DNA of 64,000 bases from contig CAVZSQ010000019.1 in assembly GCA_963777955.1 (NCBI GenBank), forward strand, positions 445,079-509,078, written 5' to 3'. Of this stretch, positions 63,650 to 64,000 are shown piece after piece. Below the pieces are notes generated by a model. It was given only the letters and a program-made list of their open reading frames with translations. It was not told the origin of the DNA and did no database searches. Numbering within the stretch: position 1 is the first letter of the stretch; each line of letters begins with the position of its first letter. The position numbers were made by a program, and so were the translations under genes. This stretch comes from Calditrichia bacterium (lineage in GTDB: Bacteria > Calditrichota > Calditrichia > JAJRVZ01).

Positions 63650-64000
63650 AAGGGACAAAGAAAAAGACACCTGAGTCTTTAGTCCCTTAGACGTCTACGA
63701 GTCACACTTCGGGGAGCGTACGGGTGAGCGTAGTCGAGATCTGACCCACTCCCTGCCCCTTTATTCAGTAATAAACGATATTGAAGACTAATAAAAATAA
63801 ACGCTCAATAGCCACTATCTTTAGATAGTGGTAGATGAAAAATATAAATTTTTCGGCTTTAGCCTCAAACAAATTAGAATTTTGCGATCAGACGAGCGGG
63901 AAGCTGCAATCAAGTCGTAACCTGAAGGCGCGACCTTAAGGTCGCGGGTACCGATCCTTCATTATTCAGGGCTCATTCGTGACCTGAAGGTCACGGCTAC
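63650..64000. repeat. Non-coding cluster of REP-like palindromes
   Basis: CCACTATCTTTAGATAGTGG, CGCGACCTTAAGGTCGCG, CGTGACCTGAAGGTCACGGCTAC, GGCTTTAGCC. Confidence 0.7.

Noticed and set aside
1..64000. tRNA, rRNA, prophage, integrase, reverse transcriptase or defence island
   Set aside because: No recognisable signatures by eye; a tRNAscan/Infernal run would be needed to exclude small RNAs formally

Overview
Bacterial chromosomal window from an anaerobic or facultative Gram-negative organism. Gene content and style suggest Calditrichota/KSB1, but that assignment is inference only. It holds about 57 CDSs of housekeeping and accessory metabolism: GH127, glnA, maeB, ptb-buk, metF, an octaheme HAO-family cytochrome, a c554-like cytochrome, three two-component loci, peptidases and Omp85/FadL outer-membrane proteins. 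No rRNA, tRNA, CRISPR array or intact transposase was seen. At least 16 genes are split by 1-2 nt indels, which is best explained by long-read consensus error. Three things stand out. (1) An apparently complete signalling circuit at 14.9-23.6 kb: a histidine kinase whose extracytoplasmic sensor is a CRTAC1-like FG-GAP/ASPIC-UnbV module, a PP2C phosphatase, a sigma54 activator, tandem palindromic enhancer sites and a -24/-12 promoter upstream of a Tyr-rich/disordered lipoprotein plus FadL-like barrel. (2) An AT-rich DUF559 nuclease gene bracketed by its own palindrome family, with an invertible core and solo copies nearby. (3) A dense, nested collection of REP-like palindromes and inverted microsatellite pairs, one of which is translated inside a GH127 gene.
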